64,000 bases of DNA from NCBI RefSeq assembly GCF_009914755.1, contig NC_060941.1. The stretch is one strand, 5' to 3'. Shown piece by piece: positions 43,076 to 64,000 of this stretch (the first letter of the stretch is position 1; every line of letters starts with the position of its first letter). This DNA is from the human T2T-CHM13v2.0 reference genome, Homo sapiens. Under the pieces are notes generated by a model. The model was given only the letters and a program-made list of their open reading frames with translations, did not search any database and was not told where the DNA came from. The translations under genes and the position numbers were made by a program.

Positions 43076-43849
43076 GCACTATGGCTCTCTCTTCTGTCGC
43101 TTTCTCTCCTTCACCACGCAGTCTGTGAACAGCACTTTCTACACTCCTCGCCGGCAAGCAGGCTCGTGTCGAGGGTAGCAGATTCCACTGGCGATTCCAC
43201 TGGTGCTGTGAGCCATCTGCTGGCTTTGCACCTCTTAGAATCTGGTGTTTTTTTGTTTTTTGTTTTGTTTTGTTTTTAATCCTTTTCCGGGTAACCAGAA
43301 AGGGAAGCTCAATTCCCTTAACCCCGAGACCACTAAAGGGGCAATACAAAAAGAGGAAATAAATACATTTTTAAGCATACAAGAGCTTCACAATCCAGTA
43401 GATCATTTTGTATTCTGGATTCATTTTGCTTTGTATTCATATGCTAATCTCTTCCTTTCCACGAAGGGATTATAGGGTTCCACAATGGGGTATCTGTGTA
43501 ATTTTCTAAAAGGGCACAAAGGGTTTAAATCATTGTTTCTTTGTAGTTGGAGGCAAGGGAGAGCAGGAGGAATGAAAATTTACACTGAAGGTTTTTTTTT
43601 TTTTAATTAAACTCTGCAGGTGAGGTCAACTGTGGAACCAAAATAGGTTTTAGAATGAGAAGTTTCAAGAGCAAAGGAAGGGGAGAAAGAGCACTTAAAA
43701 GTTATTAAGTGGGTTTGTTTTTTTTTTTTTTTGGCACTTATGGAAAAATTGAAATTAAAAGAAATATTCTGTAGCGTTTTGTAGTGTAGATTTAACTTAT
43801 CCTGCATTACCACATCACAGTATATGATTTTCAAAAGCAAATGTTAGAG

Positions 43850-44450
43850 CCATGATAGTGGTTACTCAGGAAGGAAGAGGGTTGTGATGGGGAGGGACAC
43901 AGGTTACTCTGATAATATTTCATTTTGGGGGCTAGGTGGTGATTACATATATTTGCTTAGTAATTATTTGTTAAACTGAATATACAGATAAAATGCACTT
44001 TTCCCAATGTATGTTATAGATTGGGGGATTTTTTTAATTGTAAAATATTCATAATATAAAATTTACCATCTTAATATTAAGTGTATGGTTCAGGTGCATT
44101 AGGTACATTCGTATTGTTGTAGAACCATGACCATCATCTATCTCCAGAACTTTTTCATCATTCCAAACTGAAACTTCATACCCAATAAAAATAAATGTCC
44201 TTTCCCTCCTCCTTCCATCCCTTGATAACCACTGCTCTGTTTTCTGTCTCTACGAACTTGACTATTCTAGGTACCTCATATAAGTGGGATTGTACTGTAT
44301 TTGTCTTTTTGTGACTAGCTTTTTTGCATAATGTCTTCAGAGTAGCATACATCAGAATTTCCCTCTTTTTTAAGGCTGACTAATATTCCATTATATGTAT
44401 ATACCACATTTTGTTCATTCACTCAGCAACGGACATATGGACTGTTTCCT
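43850..44450. mobile_element. Old L1ME-like 3' end (+, ~43850-44005) with an L1MB-like 3' fragment (-, 44030-44450) inserted
   Basis: Typical L1M 3'UTR text; apparent TSD CAATGTATGTTA at 44006 and 44451. Confidence 0.75.
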
Positions 44451-44689
44451 CAATGTATGTTACGTTTTTGAATTTTTAAAATGTGGCTTGAATTCCTACA
44501 ACAGGACAACATTAAAGGAACAAGAAGCTTGAAAGCAAAAAGTTTATGCTATGAAATTAATGAATGTCAATGCAAAAGCTTATTTAAAACGTAAAAGCTG
44601 GTTTCCAATAACAAATGTCATTGAATCCTGAAAACCATGACCAAATTTTGGCATGTTCTATACAGTAAGGATTTGTGTTGCCTTGTTAA

Positions 44690-52360
<7,671 letters not shown>

Positions 52361-52444
52361 ACCCACAAAACTACAACCTATTGAATTTATTTCCTTCCTC
52401 TATTCTATTTTAATGCTTCAAATTAGTATTTCACATCGTATGAT

Positions 52445-53260
52445 TGGTATTGTTAGTTATTGCTACTAACAATTTATCCCAAAACTTAGTGCCTTAAAAC
52501 AACAAACATAGATTGTCTCACAGTTTCTGTGAGTCGGGAATCTGGGTGCTCATTAGCTGGGTGCCTCTAGCTCAGGGTCACTCATGAAATCAGTGGGAAG
52601 ATCTACTTCCAAGCTCACCCATGGTTGTTGGTAGGACTTAGTTTTCAACCCCATGAGGTGTTGGACTGAAGAACTCAGTTCCTCATGACTTTTCACTGGA
52701 AGTTTCTCCATAGGGCAGTTCACAACATACCAATTGTCTTTCCTCAGAGCAAAGAACAAGAGAAAGTTTTCAAGAAGAAGCCACTGTCTTTTTGTAACCT
52801 AATCTCTGAAGTGGCATCCTGTTATTAATACTTCTATGTCCATTTGTTAGAAGTGAGTTATTTAGGCTGGGCACGGTGGCTCACGCCTGTAATCCCAGCA
52901 TTTTGGGAGGCCGAGGCGGGTGGATTGCTTGAGGTCAGGAGTTCGAGACCAGCCTGGCCAACATGGTGAAACCCTGTCTCTACTAAAATACAAAAATTAG
53001 CTGGGCGTGGTGGCACACATCTGTAATCTCAGCTACTGGGGAGGCTGAGGCTGGGGAATCGCTGGAACCTGGGAGGCAGAGGTTTCAGTGAGCTGAGATC
53101 TCACCACTGTGCTCCAACCTGGGCAAGCCTCCCTCTGAAAAAAAAAAAAAGTGAGTTATTCAGTCCAACCTATATACAAGGGGAGGGGAATCACACAAGC
53201 TGTAAATAGTCGGAGGCAGGGATCACTGGGGGTCTTCTCACAGGGGTCAAACCCTACTAC
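52445..53260 (-). mobile_element. MLT1 (MaLR) solo LTR interrupted by an Alu (52865-53150)
   Basis: AAAACTTAGTG.CTTAAAACAAC...TCTCACAGTTTCTGTG.GTC.GGAATCTGGG...CCTACTACA. Confidence 0.8.
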
Positions 53261-53699
53261 AGGTATAAAAGCATTCATTCATCAAACTTACTCTGCTTGC
53301 TCTGATGTCATCACTGTATTCTGAATGTAATTTTATTTCATATATGAGTTGTCTACAGGGAGAGAGAGTATACTAACCAGCACACAGGTGTTCCTTATCA
53401 TTTATTAAATTAATAAGTATTTTTATATGCTTGAATTTTGTCATTTGCTAGACTTGTGATTTTGGTTACTGTGATTCCATGTCCCTAATGCTGGTCAGTA
53501 TCTGAACCTGAACTTATGACCAGATCCAGGACTATAGTTCTGCCTTGAGATGGCCTACCTGAGCAGATAGGAGGCTGCTCTGGGCAGCAGAAGTGACAAT
53601 ATAAAATGCATACATGAAAAAAAAAATGCATACATGGGCCAGGCAGATAACTTAACTTGAGCTACGTTACTTGTGTATAAGCAAAATTCGGTGTAAGAA

Positions 53700-54330
<631 letters not shown>

Positions 54331-54332
54331 AA

Positions 54333-57845
<3,513 letters not shown>

Positions 57846-57949
57846 TCCAGCTGGTAATTATAATTGTCAGTGATAAAATACTCCCCATGGGATCAGATCA
57901 CTCCCAGCCACCCCCCTTCTTGGTGCACCACTACTGAATATTCCAATAC

Positions 57950-60150
57950 AAGCTATTTGGCCTGCCTTAGCTTTTCAGGGCCAAATACTGCAAAAGACAA
58001 TTTGGTTGCTCATCACCCCCTAATCTTGGTATGTCTGACTCCCCATCCTTCAGGAATCAGTAAATGTCACCTCCTCAAGGAAAGTTGCCCTAAATATCCT
58101 ATCCAGACCCTAAGTACTATCCCCTGCTTTTTTCCTGTATTTGTTTCTTTCACACCACTCACCAAAATTTGTAGTTATTTTATCTGTAAGTTAACTTTTT
58201 TCCATCTCCCTTACTAGTTTATAAGCTCCTATACTTGTCTGTCATGTTCTGAGTTATCCCCAGAGCCTAGCACAGTGCCTGGCACATGGTAGATGCTCAA
58301 TATATGTCTATTACCATTGTGTTCTCCTCAGTTTCTGTGCTGCCAGCAAAGTGTATTTGCTCAACATTGGACAAATCCTTCTTTCTTCATCTCATGTCCA
58401 TTACTAAAATAAAATAGCTGCTTGTTGTCTAAGATTGGTGAAATAGAAAGCCATTTAGCAGCATAATTCAGAAACAGCTGCAGCATCATGGATCTTAGTA
58501 AAGTTGTTTTCTCTCATTCCAGACTCCAACTCTGGCGTGATTAGGGATGTTTTATTCTGAAAATTCATGGAGATACAATAAGACTGAATCATAAAATAAA
58601 CTATAAATGTAGCATTAACATTTGAAAAGGGACCTATATATTTTGCTCAGGCACCACATTAGGAACGACAGGAACCCAGTCAGGACCCCAAACTTGTCAA
58701 GTTCCAAACATAAATCATCAATTTCCTCTCTAAACCACATGCTCCTCTTAATTTCTTTCAGCATTTCTTTTCAGTAACATAACTGTTCACCTGGTTAGTT
58801 CTCCAGGCTCAATTCTGGGATTTCTTTTCTTTCCTTTTTTCCCTACCCTCTCATTAGTGCTGGTATGGGCTCTCTTTTCTACTCTCTACATTGTCTTCCT
58901 AGGAGATCTTACCCATTTCCAGGGCTAAAATATTATCCCAGTAGTGTTCACTCCTAATATATGTCCTCAGTCCTCTCCTCTGAGCTCCAGACATGCAGTT
59001 GTCCAGTTGTGGTATCTTTTTAGATACATCACAAGCAATTCAAATTTATCATGTCCAAAACCAAACTCTGGCCAGCCGCCGTGGCTCATGTCTATAATCC
59101 CAGCACTTTGGGAGGCTGAGGCGGGCAGACCACTTGAGGTCAGGAGTTTGAGGCCAGCCTGGCCAACATGTTGAAACCCCGTCTCTACTAAAAATACAAA
59201 AATTAGCTGGGTTTGGTGGCACGTGCCGGTAATTCCAGCTACTCAGGAAGCTGAGGCAGGAGAATCACTTGAACCCAGGAGGCAGAGGTTGCAGTGAACC
59301 GAGATCATGCTGCTGTACTCCAGCCTGAGTGACAAGAGCAAAACTCCATCTCAAAAGAAAACAAAACAAAAACAAACAAACAAACAAAAAAACTCTTAGT
59401 TTTTCTTCTCCAAATCCCTTTCTCTCTGATCTTCACCATCTGTAATGATACCACCATTCCCCAGTGACTTGCTCCAGAAACTTAGGAGTATACTTGTTTC
59501 TTCTTTTTCTCCCACCCCCACAACTAGTTCATTGATAAGATCTATCAACTCTATTTACAAATGTATACTAATTGGATTTTCTTCCTTCTATATCCTCTAC
59601 ATCCTAGTCTAAGCTACAATAGTCTCCTAATAGGTCTCTCTACTTTCATTCTTTTTTTCCCCCTCAGTCTTGCTGTCATCCTATCTACTTTCTTTCTTAA
59701 ACTCCTACCCATTCCTGCACAAAACACATGGCGTAATCTTAAAACATAAATCTAATCACTCCATTCCACTCTAAGCTCATTTTATCTCACTCTCTGCTCA
59801 ACCACTGTGTCACCACCATTCACCATGACTTTTAGGGCTTTGCCCAAGTCAGAGCCTTAGCACATTCTGTTTATTCTGCTCTTCCCATAGTAGATTCCTG
59901 CTCATCCTAAGGCTTGATTTAAGTGTCACTTCAAATAATCTTTTCCTTCCTGCCCTGTCAAAGTATTTCTTGCCTCTCCTACTCTTATTTGCATGTATTG
60001 TATCCTATACATTTTCTTCATAACACCTTATGTAATTAATATATTTGATTAATTTTCCTCCCTGGGAACTATGTGTTGTCTGCTCATGTATATCTAGCTC
60101 CTAGTGCAGTGTCTGGCATACAACAGGTATTTAATCAGTTGTTGAACAAT
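57950..60150 (+). mobile_element. L2 LINE remnants (3' ends near 58260-58310 and 60095-60150) with an Alu at 59070-59390
   Basis: CCTAGCACAGTGCCTGGCACAT.GTAG.TGCTCAATA L2 terminal motif; AAATGTCACCTCCTCA. Confidence 0.75.
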
Positions 60151-60232
60151 TAAGTTGTCCTATTCTGTTTTGGCCTATAGGTTACAAGTGTGATGCATTT
60201 GCACAACGTTGCACAGAAGGAAGAAAAAAAAA

Positions 60233-64000
<3,768 letters not shown>

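Larger units (their letters stand above)
41180..43200. promoter_or_regulatory. NUFIP2: CpG island covering the NUFIP2 promoter, exon 1 and 5' intron 1
   Basis: Very high GC and CpG density relative to flanks. Confidence 0.93.

Noticed and set aside
42354-43279. + strand ORFs with poly-Val/Gly/Ala/Leu
   Set aside because: Antisense shadows of the His/Gln codon repeats of NUFIP2 exon 1 and of the promoter

Overview
Human (primate) genomic DNA, recognisable from its proteins as the CRYBA1-NUFIP2 locus (17q11.2 from memory). The + strand carries the last three coding exons and polyA signal of beta-A3/A1 crystallin (CRYBA1, 832-3242). Convergent on the - strand is the complete NUFIP2 gene: coding exons 42517-42793, 34724-36448, 16263-16295 and 13306-13358 (2088 nt = 695 aa + stop, all introns phase 1), a ~8.7 kb nearly repeat-free 3'UTR ending near 4605, and a CpG-island promoter at ~41.2-43.2 kb. 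Introns and the 21 kb upstream are dense in Alus, with some L1, L2, MIR, MaLR LTR and DNA-transposon fossils. Almost all ORF-track entries are Alu or GC-rich artefacts. I see no proof of a wholly new biological system. The best leads are: (1) the 1725-nt symmetric, stop-free exon 2 is tightly flanked by inverted Alus, predicting a circRNA with an endless reading frame and a 120-aa exon-skipped product; (2) candidate unannotated NUFIP2 exons (an upstream donor, a 15-nt microexon, a cassette with duplicated donors); (3) a YY1/ETS antisense promoter-like element with a 46-aa ORF in intron 1; (4) an old diverged direct duplication upstream. Exon coordinates were counted by hand. Repeat boundaries and subfamily calls are approximate.
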